A stretch of 61,236 bases of DNA. Origin: Lobosporangium transversale (lineage: Eukaryota). Positions 10,773-23,729 of the stretch are shown in pieces. The stretch covers positions 620,001-681,236 of the forward strand of contig NW_019028999.1 of assembly GCF_002105155.1 (NCBI RefSeq), given 5' to 3'. The position numbers were made by a program, and so were the translations under genes. Each line of letters opens with the position of its first letter. Within the stretch, counting starts at the first letter, position 1. The notes under the pieces are model-generated. The model had not been told where the DNA came from. It saw only the letters and a program-made list of their open reading frames with translations, and searched no databases.

Positions 10773-12915
10773 TTGAGACAGCGAGCACGACAATGATGGC
10801 GATGGCTCTGCGCTCTGGAGTAAGGCAAAGGAAATAAGGACGAAAGAGTAGTGAAGGAAAACGAGGAAGAGTAAGAGCAATCGCGGCTGATAAAAGATGA
10901 TATGGGGTTAAGGAGCAAAACTGTTAATGAAGAGGCCTTGTTTCTGGAGGTCAGACTTGGCAAGGGCAACGACAACAACGGGAGAGGCAATAAAGGATCA
11001 ACAACCGGGGCGTTCAAGTCTCGTTTCAGGAGGTATAATTCTATTGTTCCCAGGCAAGGTAATAATAATCGAAGCAAAGGATACAAGTGATCTTTTGCGA
11101 CGACTATTTGCACTCTATTGTGACCAGTCAAAGAATACTGGATGCCCGTGTGAGATAAAAGAGTGGGTCCTTTTATCCACAGAGCTGATAGTATTTGAGA
11201 GTTTAGGTCAATGCGGGAGAAAGGTATGACAAACTGAGGACACGAGGGCTTTAATAGCTCTAGTTGTATCTGTGAATGATGATTGCGTTGATTTAGGTTC
11301 TGATGCAGAAGCTGCTGCTGCCCTTGAATGATTGCAGCAGCAAGATATCGATTGTTTTTGCTGTTCAATGGCAGCGATTGTAGGCAATCAAGGCAATCAA
11401 TCAGAAAGAGGAGGTGCAAGACAGACCAGCACCTGACTTCTTTCTGAGTTGCTACACCTGGAGTGCGCACAGTAGCGGCTGCAGCAACGGGGGTCTGGAC
11501 AATAATGGCGGAGGTGGCGAGAAGATAGACGAAGTCGAAAGGTCGGCCAGTAATAGCCAGGGAAATGGACGATACAATGAAGTAGAAAAAAGCAGACGAA
11601 CAATAATAGCAGGAAAAAGATATGTCCAAGACAAGGACTGGATGAGAGTATGCGTATGAGAGCAATGCAAGTTAGGGGACCGGTTAGAAGCAATCAGCAT
11701 GCAAGGACACAGACATAGAAGGACAGAAGGACAGAAGGACAAAAGGACAGAAAGAGAGAAAGAGAAGAATGAATGAAAGGAGAGAGAGAGAGAGAGAGAA
11801 TTAATGTTCATGTAGAATGAAGCAGGGTGGTTTGGCAGTGTGTGAAGAATTGCAAAATTAATGTCCCTTTGCTTAATGGGTGTGAATGTGTTATTTCCAA
11901 CCAAAACCAAAACTTAAATTGTAGTCTCGAAATTTCTACTTAGACATTGATTGTTGATCGTTGCACAAGCAAGCATTGGACACTTGCTCAGCTCATTTCC
12001 AGTGGTATTTCCCTGACAAAGTGGGAAGAGCATAACATTCACCGATTAGACATTAACATATTTCAACACCTCACCTCTTCAAGTCGCTTCCAATCCAAAC
12101 TGAAGGCTATATATGATCCACAAAATACGTCCAACAGTAATACCTGTAACTATTTTAGCAGCTGCAATGGCAACTACCACTACCATCACTTTCACCGCTA
12201 CCATAAATAACAGCAATAGTAGCACCTACACTACCAATTATAACGGTATTGAGCGAGTGCTTGCTATAATTCTAGTGCTGCTTAGGCCATTCAATATGAC
12301 ACTAAGCAGCCCGATGCTTACATATTTGAGGCCCTGTAAGACGCAATAACAGCTCATAGCCATTCCACACCGTCAGAAAGAGAAAGTGGCCATCTTGTCC
12401 GAGATGAAGACAGAGAAAAGTGAGAGCCTATATCATCGGACCTCTCAAATCATGAATATCCCTCTGGTCTGCTGTTGTCACAGGCAAGAACAAGAAGGCA
12501 TTCTGTTGGATAACATTTTGATGGGCATGTGCCACTTGAAAACAGTTATTGTGTTCTTCACTCATTATTGACTGCCCAGCCATGTGCTCCGGGAACGCTT
12601 TTGAAGGTTTTTTCTCTCTTCTGGCTCTGCAGCAGAGCCCATGTCATCGCTATGAAATGGATAAGGAAAATGGAGAGGAAAATGAAGGATAACAGAGATG
12701 ATAGCGGAATTGTCATCACCTAGTATATACATTGATGTTGGATCAATATTCTCAACTATCACTGCATGAGGATATGCTATAGGATCTAGTGGACCATTGA
12801 CTACAAAAAAAAACAGTCAGTCAGGTGGCTGAGTACCAAATGCGCGTATTTCACGATCTGAGCTTATTATCGTCAAAATCTTCCCTTGTCCTACAACCTA
12901 ATCACTTTGTCAGCC

Positions 12916-14099
12916 ATGTCAACCGAGGCATCTATGGTAGACAAGCCTTCAAATGAGGCTAGGGATCCGGCCTACTTTGGTTACTATGCCATGCTGCAGC
13001 ATCAGGTATATACTTCGCTTCAAAAAAAAAAAAAAAAAAAAAAAAAGCTTTCAGGATTTACATTGAACATGAAGAAACTGTTTCGATTTCATGGAAGAAA
13101 TGGAAGCAAAAAAAAAAGATAAGAACGAATGGACATGGAATTTGAGACTGAAGACATTTAGACCAGTAGTCTCCCCACCCTTGTTCACTCTTTTTCTCAG
13201 CAAAAGTCAGCAGCAATTGAGGCTGACCCCATCCTACTCCAATCGCCCGTACGCCATATTGTTTTTTTGCATGTTTCCTCTGTCTCGTAGCAAAACATGC
13301 TTCAAGACACAGTAAGGACATCCACCTACCGATCTGCAATCCTATTGAATACCGAGTGTTTCAAGAATAAACTTGTCATGGATGTTGGAGCAGGTATAAA
13401 TAGCTTTCTATTCTATTGATTTCGTTCATTTTATTTTACTGATTTGGCGACCGTTATTAAAGCATGACTCGTCCTATATCTTCTTTTTTGTCTTTCGCAT
13501 CATCAAATATCTAAAATATGAAAAAAAATCGTATAATTTACAATCAGGTTCCGGTATTTTAAGTTACTTTGCAGTCCAAGCAGGTGCTAAGAAGGTATAC
13601 GCAGTCGAGGCATCAGATATGGCGGGAAAAATGAAGAAGCTTGTAGAGGCAGCGTCCCTGCCCAGTGGAAGAGCTAAAAATGAATTCCTGAAGGATAAAA
13701 TCGAGGTCATTCAAGGTGAGTTTGTTGAACCTACTCCAGGTGGTCTTAATCCCATCTGAAGTATGATATTTAAATGAATCATTATTACAGCGAAGACCAA
13801 AAAAAAACTTACACTTTACATAAAATATTTTTTAATAGCCAAGATTGAGGACCCAAGTATTAAGGCACCCAAGGTTGACACAATTATTTCAGAGCCCATT
13901 GGTAATGATTTTTTTCCTATCCATCTCCAAATGATTATCTGTCACTGATTGTAATATCATCGTCGCCCTAACTTACTACATACGTCTTCATAGGTGTACT
14001 ACTTGTTCATGAGCGAATGGTAGGTCGTGATACAACTATAAAGTATATGTCAGTAATGAAACCAGAGAGCGCTAAGCTATAACAGATATATGGTCACTC

Positions 14100-14136
<37 letters not shown>

Positions 14137-14343
14137 TTGAAAGCTTCATCTATGCTCGCGACACATACTTAAAACCAGGAGGGCACCTTTTCCCTAACAA
14201 AGGTGTTATGTACCTTGCGCCCTTCACAGATGCGTTATTATTTACAGAGACAATAGGTAAAGCCCGTTTCTGGGAGCAGGCAACCTTTCATGGCATAGAT
14301 CTCTCTCCTCTCTACCCTGATGCCAAGGCTGAACTGTTTGGTA

Positions 14344-14379
<36 letters not shown>

Positions 14380-15151
14380 GCCTCTTGCTACTATAATTAA
14401 CCAAAATTATGATCATTCGTCTCGATTACTTTCCAAACACTCCCTTTTAGGTATGCCTGTAGTTGGCCATTTTGATCCAAAATCTTTGCTAGCCAATCCA
14501 ACGTCTGAAATAAATGGAGGGTTTGAGATGGATTTCAACACTATCACCATGAAGGCTCTGCGTGATTTTGTGGTCCCGATTTCATGGAAGGCTCAGTATA
14601 CAGGGTTGATGCATGGGGTCGCTGGATGGTTCGATCTTGTATTCTCTGGATATGCCGACTCAGTCGCTAGCCAGCCGGTCCAAATGTCTACTGGGCCAAG
14701 CTCGGAGCGAACACATTGGCAGCAGGTGCGGTTCTTGTTTAGGGAACCTTTGGCTGTGAATTCAGGTCAAGTGATCCGGGGCTGGATGCACTGTGTTGTA
14801 AACGATATGCGCTCATACACGGTCGATATTGAGGTCATCGTAGGACAATATGGGGATTTGTCAGACCCTACCCAACCATTTGAACCACTATTGGAGAAAC
14901 AAGCGAAGCAACAAACCTCATCAGCATCAGCAACGGGAACAAATGACGTTGTAGATGTTCAGGAAGTGCAGGAGGAGTATGACGATTTGCGATTCTGTAG
15001 ACGGAGAGGACGCTGGGAGCTACATGAGCAAAGCTACAACTATGCGTATACAGAGACTGGAGCAGAGTCATTGACAAAGCCAGAACACTTGTGTTTATAT
15101 GAGCCACAGAATAGCGATGATGCTTATGAAGGTGTTACCTATACCAACTAA
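12916..15151 (+). CDS. Type I protein arginine methyltransferase, CARM1/PRMT4-like
   Basis: Exons 12916-13005, 13291-13393, 13548-13715, 13839-13901, 13994-14019, 14136-14340, 14451-15151. Motifs [53 protein letters not shown] (double-E loop), LAPFTD, THWQQ. Confidence 0.9.
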
Positions 15152-15346
15152 GACTGTTCAGCAATATTGAAAATACTATTATATGATGCATCAAAGAACA
15201 AGAGTAGATAGGAAAGAGTAACTCAATGCGAAGAAAGTAATAAAAAAAAAAACAAAAACTTTTTTATTACTACATAATGAGTTTTCATGATCCAGGCCTA
15301 TAAAAAAAATATAAAAAATAAAAAAAGAGAGAATTGATAAAGGTTA

Positions 15347-17174
15347 CTATGCGCTGACGCGTACGGCCTTCCTAAGTTGTTCGTTTGTGGTTGTCTCAAG
15401 TGCATGTTTAATGTTTCCAGTCATGGCTATAGCGGCAAGTGACTTCAGTTCTGGGTAAGCATCTTCTTTGGACAACAGATTATCTCTCATACAGATGGCA
15501 TCTTCCATTAGAATGGAGAAAAATTGTCCAAGATTCAACCCAGATGCCTTGAGGATCTATGAGAGGACACTCCGATGGAATTTAGATAACAGTAGATCAG
15601 CGAGGTAAACAAAGAGTATACGTATTGATCATTGCAAGCCCAAGTATAACTTAATGCATTTATATTGTTTCTTTACCTTCCCCATGGCGCAATCATTATC
15701 ATCCTCGATTGCACAATTTGCTATTTGAACAAGTAAAGGAGAAGAGGGTTTAGCACTTCAAGGCTTCGACTTTTTTTTTTTTTTTGTTTTTTTTTTTTTA
15801 ATAAAAAAACTAAAGAGGGTAACGACTTACCATTCACATCCACAACAAACACCTCGCCTGTCCGATAGTCCTCTCGAAGGTCCATACGGCAGTATCCATT
15901 CCCCCCAAAGCTCGCATACATGGACATTGCTTGGGGTTGCAATCGTTCCTGATCAGGGTCCGAACAAACCTGCATCCACCATGAGGCTGTTTCGACTGTT
16001 TCGTCTGATCCATAATTATCGTTACCCCACTTCATGTCATAAGTCAACATGCGCTCTCGTTCTGGAAGTTCTGCTCGGAATATACGCTCCAATACTTTAT
16101 AAACTCTGATACCTGTTTCTTGAGAACCGGATACCAAGACTGTGTACTCACGACCTTCATATTAAAATAGAAACTAGTTTTTAGATATTATGGTTTGAGT
16201 ATACGATCGAAACACTTCGCAGAATGACATGCTCCTTACCAGTGATATACTCTTCAACATAAACAGGCCCCCAGATCTTCTTGATCTCCATGGCGCGTTC
16301 ATATGCTTCTTCTGGAGTGTCCACAACGGACTTTATGGAAATACCACGACTTGAGCTTGAAATGGCGGGCTTGACCAGCAATGGAAACTTTAATTTCAAA
16401 AGTTTATCCAAGATGATGGGCTTGTTTGCCATTTCTTCTTCATCGATAGATTTAAGCTCAGGCTCGGTTTCGGCTTTAGCTTGAGTTTGAGCTCGGGCTT
16501 CCATCTGCTGACCTGAGTAGACGTCACAGTAGCCAGGGGTTGGAGTGCCCGATTCGACCAAATGTCGCTTGATCAAGGCCTTGTCGCTGTCCAGGTAGTA
16601 GAGCTTTGAGTTAGCACCTGTGAAGGCCAAACATCGCTTTTCAAGACCTTGGATCACAGAGATTCCAGGCCAGCCATCAACTTCCATTCCGTCCGTGAAA
16701 TTAAGGACTACGGTCTTGATCAAGATGTTTTCGTTGTCGTCAAATGGACGTAGTTGCTTGCTTTTTGAGCTCTTGATAGTTTTGGGATGGGTATTAATAG
16801 GATGGCCTTCAAAGTCATGGTCCTTTTCAAAGGCAATAATTTCGTCCAAAACTTGGTCTACGGATTCGAGGCCAATGTAATGACATTGTTGACGATACAC
16901 ATGTGGAATAGCATCAATGGCAAGGATGATATTCTTGCAATAGAGGAAGAAGAGAGAGAAAGAAGAGAAGTAATATATACATGATGATGCTTTTAGTCCA
17001 CAAATTTTGTAATTTAATAAGTGACATTTATCATAATGTTATTACCAGTCGTAACTCAGGGTTCCACTCTGTAACTACGCTTTCACCATTCAAGAGTGCG
17101 GTAGCGAAGTATGAGTTGTCATTATCAAGATCATCCCGCTCCTTGTTGATGTCCTTGATTAACGCATATGGCAT
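15347..17174 (-). CDS. D-alanine-D-alanine-ligase-like ATP-grasp protein (5' end uncertain)
   Basis: Exons 17174-17046, 16933-16240, 16154-15831, 15720-15677, 15556-15347. Motifs NFTDGMEVDGWPG, FTGA, DK.LIK..L...G.PTP, FPLLVKP..SSS.GI, VEEYITGREYTV, YDMKW, GYCRMDLR, DVNAN. Another upstream exon (about 17280-17325) is possible. Confidence 0.8.
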
Positions 17175-18083
17175 CAGTACTGGTAATGACCATCAATACA
17201 ATAGGTAAAGCAGGCGGTTATTAGTGTTTCTAATGGTTTGAGGATTGAAAACAAGGACTGGATCTCCTGCCATGCACAGACCAGTAATACAGACTATTTT
17301 AATAGGTATCGCGCACCAACAGTTCTATTTAAATTCATTACCATGAACACTCCAAACGACAGTAGGGCTCGTCATGATGCTACTAACGCTATTTGTGATA
17401 GTCAAAGAAAAATAGTCGGCCCTTTTTCTTTCCTTTTGCCTTTTTTTTTTCTTGAGTGGATGGAATGATGAAATGAATTGAAATGAAATGAAATGAAATG
17501 TAAATGCGAAAATGTGGTTTATTGGTCAAACAATGCTACAAAAAAAAAAGTCAAACGACTTGACATCAAATTTGCCTCCAAAGTGAATCCTTCTGGAGAG
17601 GAGTCAAAGGGCAATGCAAAGAGCTCCTCATTAAAAATAAAAAATAAAATCAAGCCTGGAGATTGGACAGCAAACTAATCCTATTCATGCAAAAAAAAGG
17701 GATCACGCATTTCAAGTCGTGGAATAGTAAATGCACGGACAATTTAGACAACATTTATTAAAGCCTATGTTATATAATATTCTTTCATTTATTATCTTAC
17801 ACGATCTTGTCTAGATGGGCTCCCTTTCTCAAGGCGAATAAAGTTTATGTTTATGTAAGTTGGAGGACCATCATTTGCATCATTTGCATCATTTGCATCA
17901 TTTGCAACGTAGAAGAGGGTGATAAAATATATATAGTAGTCGATCTGTTTTCTTTTTTTGAAGACATGAAGAGGGTAACTTTATTACATTCCCAAGAATA
18001 AAGCCTTGAGTGATATTTGTATATACAATTATATTCGTAATAGGATGGAAGGTCTATTATATCCAGAGATTTTTTTTTTTTTT

Positions 18084-18386
18084 TTACAAGTATTGGGCTA
18101 AAGCAACGGCACCAACGCCGAAAGCCATGATAGCCTTGGCAGGGACATTCAAGGCATTTCCACTTGAGGGCTGGGTGGGAGCAGGACCACCTGTCGAGGA
18201 GGGAGGAAGAGTGACCGTGACTGTGGCGGTGATAGGGACCGTGACCGTAATAGTGCCAGTGCTCGTAGGCGAAGGCTTATTGATAGCGGATGAGACCGAG
18301 GCGGAGATTGAGGGCATTAAAGTAGTCTTGGTAGCAGAAGCGACGGCCAAGAAGGCGACAGCAACGGTGGAAACTGAGAACTTCAT
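18084..18386 (-). CDS. Small secreted Ser/Thr/Pro-rich protein, probably GPI-anchored
   Basis: 100 aa: signal peptide MKFSVSTVAVAFLAVASA, S/T/P-rich core, candidate omega region SSGNAL, hydrophobic C-terminus AIMAFGVGAVALAQYL. Confidence 0.82.
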   Translation of the reverse strand: MKFSVSTVAVAFLAVASATKTTLMPSISASVSSAINKPSPTSTGTITVTVPITATVTVTLPPSSTGGPAPTQPSSGNALNVPAKAIMAFGVGAVALAQYL

Positions 18387-19355
18387 GTTGAACGAGAGTT
18401 TTTTTTTTAATGGCGGTGGTGGTGCTGTTGTTTGCGAAGAGAGACAATTGTTGATAAAGATTTTAAAAAAAAAAAAAAAGTGCAAAAGACGCTGTATTTA
18501 TTTGAAAAAAAAAAAAAAAAAAAAATAGACTAAAGTATTGATGTGAATGTTCATGGAAGAGACAATAACCATGTCAGGGACAATCAAGGTGATGTTGCCA
18601 ATAGGTTGAAGTTCTCTCATGATGATGACCGCATCTCGATGTCATTTTAGGTACTCGTACACCCATCGAAAGGACAATATATACCAATGGGTGGAAGCAA
18701 ACTGAGTATGTAAGAAGATGAAGTAGGCACCCAGACCAAAAAAAACCATCGTCATCTTTAAAATTATGAACATTGATGATATATACACCAATCGGCGTTC
18801 TATTACTAGGCTAGTCGAGCGTTAGCTTGCGATTTACGCGTCTTAATATCAAAATGCTTTTTTATTGAATGCATGAAAACCTGCCAAGATTATATGCTTT
18901 AATGACCATGTCATTGTTGATTTGAGGGATTTTTACAACATCAATTTATTCTTACAATCAAATGAAATCAATGGTAATATTTTTCCTTGTCCAACTCACC
19001 ATGTCACCAACAATAATAATGCGCGATTAGCTCCCTTTGTTCCTGAGCATTCTTTCCCATAGCTTCGGGAGAAATTCTCAGGGTCATGATTTCATATTGA
19101 CATGTGCTTCAGTATTTCCAGCGTATCCAAAGAAAGGATTTAATGATTTAAACCAACCTGAGCCTATTAAAAACCAAGGTTGGACTTATTTTAATGATCG
19201 CATGGTTGTCAAATATAAAAATGACCTATTAACATTAACACATTGTCAATGACTGCACAATTCCTTCAAAGCAAAAGAAAAAAATAGAATTAACCTTACT
19301 TTGGTCTAATTAGCCTTATTATTGCCTGATACCCTAAACGCACCTGACTTTCTCT

Positions 19356-19386
<31 letters not shown>

Positions 19387-20312
19387 GCCCTTTTGGTACT
19401 TTGGAACAGCTCTAGGATTGAGGCGTAGTTAACATGAACAGCGACATATTGGCCTGAATAACTTTCCACTGCAGACTATTTGTCATTGTGGTTTGATTTG
19501 TCATTTTGCACAACTTGATGGATATCTATATTTGTTACAGCAAATAGTAACACTGTCGTTGACAGATAGACATGTTACCATTAACCAGAGTAAAAATCAT
19601 TGTGATATTATATATTAATTATAATTTTAATAATAATTATAAATCTGAAGCATGCTGGTACTCGTCTCATGTGGGGATGCACATGCCATCGAATGAAAAA
19701 AAAAAGGGGGGCTCATTCAATTAAAGGGACCACATTTGCTTCACCTCCATACAAAGTGCTCGCCGCTTTCATTTGTTTCTCAGCTGTCGGTCTTGACCTG
19801 CTCAATGTCCACCATCCTTGGCTTTTTCCCTAAGTAACAATCGTCCTTCTCCTCGAAGACCAAAGCCCATCTATTTAAACCGATAAAGACAAATAAAACT
19901 AGGCTTGCACATGTAATTAAATTGCAGAACTGCAGAAAGTTTTTTGCCTCTTTGTAGAAGTGTCTCAAGAAGGAAAAAAAAAAGTTTTGATCTGGTCTAA
20001 TATGGGATGCAAATGAGCATGGGACATGGGATTTTTGTATGTCCGGTCTTGATCGAATGATCGCATTTCAACAGCCACGAGGGATCACACTCAAACCCTC
20101 TTTTCAGCCTTTGTTCATTGTTCGTGTCTCACTTTCTCTTTCTCTCACTTTCTCTCACTTTCTCTCATACACCCTCTTTCACTCACTCACACTCACTCAC
20201 GCTCACTCATACACTCTTTCTCGTCATCCCACTGTCCTCTATTTTCTATCAGCAGCAGAGCAGACCTTTTACTCTTTATTTAGTATTTATAATTCCAGAA
20301 CGAATATCCCTC

Positions 20313-20595
20313 ATGACCTTGGAACGTCCCCCTATCATCCCCATCACAACCACACATTCGACGGCTGATGTATCAAACCATGAAGCAGTTCATCCTACAG
20401 TCTCTTGTCCTGTAAGTTCTCTCTTTAATTCCTCCTTTTATCACCTTAATCATCAGTTCTCATGCAATGAAGATACGATCTAATCAAATAATGACAGGAG
20501 CTAGGTAGTGGTCAACTTTGGAATCATTCTTATTGTCTCCCACATGCTCTCTCTCACACGGACATGAATAAATGGACAATGAATGGAGATCAGTT

Positions 20596-20630
<35 letters not shown>

Positions 20631-22440
20631 ACCAACTGAGCAAATTAATAACATACACATGACATTATTCCCATAAAGAAAGAAGAAGGACCTAAAAGCC
20701 ATTGGATCTTGAGAGCGCCACCAGAAGAACAATCGATGTTGGGCTTTTCTGATATTATTTTTTTTTTTTGCCTTGACTTTTCTCAATTAGGAGATCGACA
20801 CTATCAAGAAGACCTTGAACAACAACAACAGCAACACTACCACAGCAATGCCTAGTCTACCTTCTCCTCCCCTGTCGCCCCACCAATTCCCTCATCCAGA
20901 TCATCCACATCGCACCAACTCTTTACCTACCGTACTCATACCCATTACTACTATTGTCACCACAGCTGATACCATTCAACAATCAACCTTAATTTCATCC
21001 ATTTGTTCTTCCGAGGAACAGGTTCATTCATCTAGTTTCGAACTCGATAGCACAGCCCGAAGAACCTCAACACCACCTCATACTTTATCACCTACTTTTA
21101 CAGATGGAGACTGCACTATCGAAGAAGTGGATGCTAACCAGCCAATGTTACCCAGCCAACTTCGCAAACGTCATGAGAGCATGAAACAGCAAGCAAAGGT
21201 CAAACAGCCTTTTATAATCGAACCAAGTGATAATGACGACCCAGGAGTTAATAGGTCACTCATCGACAACCTCGCTATCCCATCTATTCATCCATTGAAT
21301 GTATTAGATGATCATAGTTCTGAAGGCAGTGCTGATATTGAACATACTGATCTGATCGCAACTTCCTATCACTCTGGAGCAATGATTCGAGCAAAATCGC
21401 ACAGTATGTTCGAGTCCAACCATGTTAGCGCAGCTCAACGTGGATTGTCATCCTACATATCCAGTCTTTACAAATATCAAGAGATGCCTATCCAAGATTG
21501 GATCAATATGAAATCAAAAATGGAAGCATTGGAACTGGAGATCTCGCATGTTAAACGAACCAATATGCTATTAAATCTGGAGCTTGATAAAGTCAACGCC
21601 CATCTTGCCAGGATAACCGCCAACAATGATGGTGAAGATCTGCAAGAGGAAACTAATGGTTGGCGCAAGGAGTGTGAGTTTTTGGTTCAACAGGTGGATT
21701 GGATGCATCGACAGTTGCAGGCGGCATATGCGAGCCATATGGAGCTCACGCACCCAAGATATGAGGCTGAAGCGACACGGGAACTTTGTGTGCAGGTCAA
21801 GGATCTGACAGCCTCGTTGAGGATGTGGCAGTCGGCATTCCAACAGGCAGAGGAGAAGTATCGACGCAAGTGTGGTATGTGAAAACTTTTTTTTTTTTTT
21901 TTTTTTTTTCCTCCTTCATGAAACAATCATTCTTCTGTATTAGAATTTATGGCCTGTGTCTAATCTTTATACATTTATATACTACTATGGTTAACTATTT
22001 ATGAAATAGATGGGGAGCGTGTGTTGAAGCAAAATCTTCGGGAACGTGAAGCACAATTGTCAAGTCTCGTGGAAAGATTGTCGGGATACGAAAGTGAATT
22101 TCAAAAGTCTCTTTCCAATTACGAGGAATTAATGCGACTTTCTACTGAACTGGAGTTACTTGAAGGCAATCGTGATCATACTCATTTCAACGCGGAAGAT
22201 AGGGCAGCAAGCTCTTCGTTAGGAAAGAATCAGCAAGGATCAAATAATATTTCTATGCCTGTTGTGAGTATCATCAGGGGCGTAAGTGATATGCCTGGTG
22301 CTCTTCCAAAGCAAGACCAATCACCAACTAAATCATCGGAAACCATATCTCCTTCTGCTGAGGCAACAATAGTGGTGGATCAACTGTCGGTATCGATACT
22401 CTCCTGGGTTGCTCTTCTAGCAACCTACATGCTTTCATGA
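20313..22440 (+). CDS. Hypothetical coiled-coil protein with C-terminal hydrophobic tail
   Basis: Exons 20313-20411, 20791-21874, 22010-22440 in frame; disordered N-half, heptad-rich C-half, terminal SILSWVALLATYMLS*. Confidence 0.75.
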
Positions 22441-22616
22441 CGACAATTATTACTTTGTATATAAATATACCATTTGTGTTTGCTGTTTTTAATTGACTTA
22501 ACTATGCAATAAAGTTGGAGTGGTGACCGCTTCAAATGGAAATTTGATTAGATAGATGCACTTGATCGCTCATTTCGTTTAACAATCTTGACTATCCAAT
22601 TCATCAGAAGTAATCG

Positions 22617-23503
22617 ATGACAAAGCCGAAAGCGAAAAAGAAATCAAAGTCAGAGGAGTCAAAATCTGATGATCTGAAGGGCAAAGGTACTGGCAAAGGC
22701 AATACAACAGCAATTGCCACTACTACTACCATTACTACTACTACAAGTGCCAAGAGCTCGTCAGAGAAGGATAAGGCAACAGCCCCTACTGCCAATGATA
22801 GTACAGGACTTCCACCGATTGACTACATTGGTTATGAATCAGAACATCAGCTTCAGGGTATGATCAGTCTGATTGAGAATGATCTTTCAGAACCGTACTC
22901 CATTTATACCTATCGATACTTTTTACATCAATGGCCCAAGCTCTCATTTCTTGTATGTTGCTGTCCCATGCATCTGAACATTGATGTGCCAAGGTTATTG
23001 TTTGTTGAAAACTACATCTCACATGTTTTATTTTATTTTATTTTATATTTTCTTTCTAGGCTATGGATAGGGAAAAGGACAAATGTGTAGGGGTAATTGT
23101 CTGCAGATTAGACATACATGGGAGCGCTAGGTCCAACCGTGGTTACATCGCCATGCTGGCTGTCTCGAAAGAGTACCGGAAACGGAGGATTGGATCGACT
23201 TTGGTCCTTATGGCCATTGAGGCCATGAAACAAGCTGGCGCAGACGAGGTATTACTTTTATTTTTTTGCAACTTTGCTTTTATACATTCTCGTTGCCTTT
23301 CCTCTTACTCTCAATTTTTTTTTTTTTTTTTTTTTTTTAACAAGATCGTCTTGGAGACAGAGTATACAAATCAGAGTGCGATAGCACTATACCAGCAGAT
23401 GGGGTTTATCAAAGATAAAAGACTCTACCGGTATTACCTCAATGGTGTCGATGCATTCCGCTTGAAGCTATTTTGCAAACCAGAAATAGGCCCGATTTCA
23501 TAA
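22617..23503 (+). CDS. MAK3: NatC N-terminal acetyltransferase catalytic subunit (Mak3/Naa30)
   Basis: Exons 22617-22952, 23060-23248, 23345-23503. [49 protein letters not shown]. Confidence 0.95.
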
Positions 23504-23729
23504 AAAGGCAAAAATGACTATTTACCAGGATCGAAGCAGTAAAACAAAAAAAAGTTCTCTTTTATTTGTTTCAAAAACATCGCCTCGATACTTGTAATTA
23601 CATTTTTGACAAAATGAGGAATTATATTTCGAGAGACATAGCAAGAATGCATCCCTTAAAAGCATGTTTAGATTGGTACTTTAAAACTCCCTTATTTTCA
23701 AGTCGGATTCCTCAATTGCGAATATCTCC

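Noticed and set aside
10676..11665. 329-codon minus-strand ORF overlapping the CK1 start
   Set aside because: TTG start with no Met, out of frame with the kinase, and it spans a pyrimidine tract with a cag acceptor at about 10816; most likely 5' UTR and intron.
11947..12800. Several short ORFs between CK1 and the PRMT gene
   Set aside because: No motif or consistent splice model; could be decayed coding DNA but unsupported.
18010..18528. 172-aa plus-strand ORF
   Set aside because: Antisense shadow of the GPI-type protein gene, running into homopolymers.
19037..19252. ORF with WTYFND..V resembling the ubiquitin-protease His-box region
   Set aside because: No GHY or Cys box and a non-ATG start; a chance match is likely.
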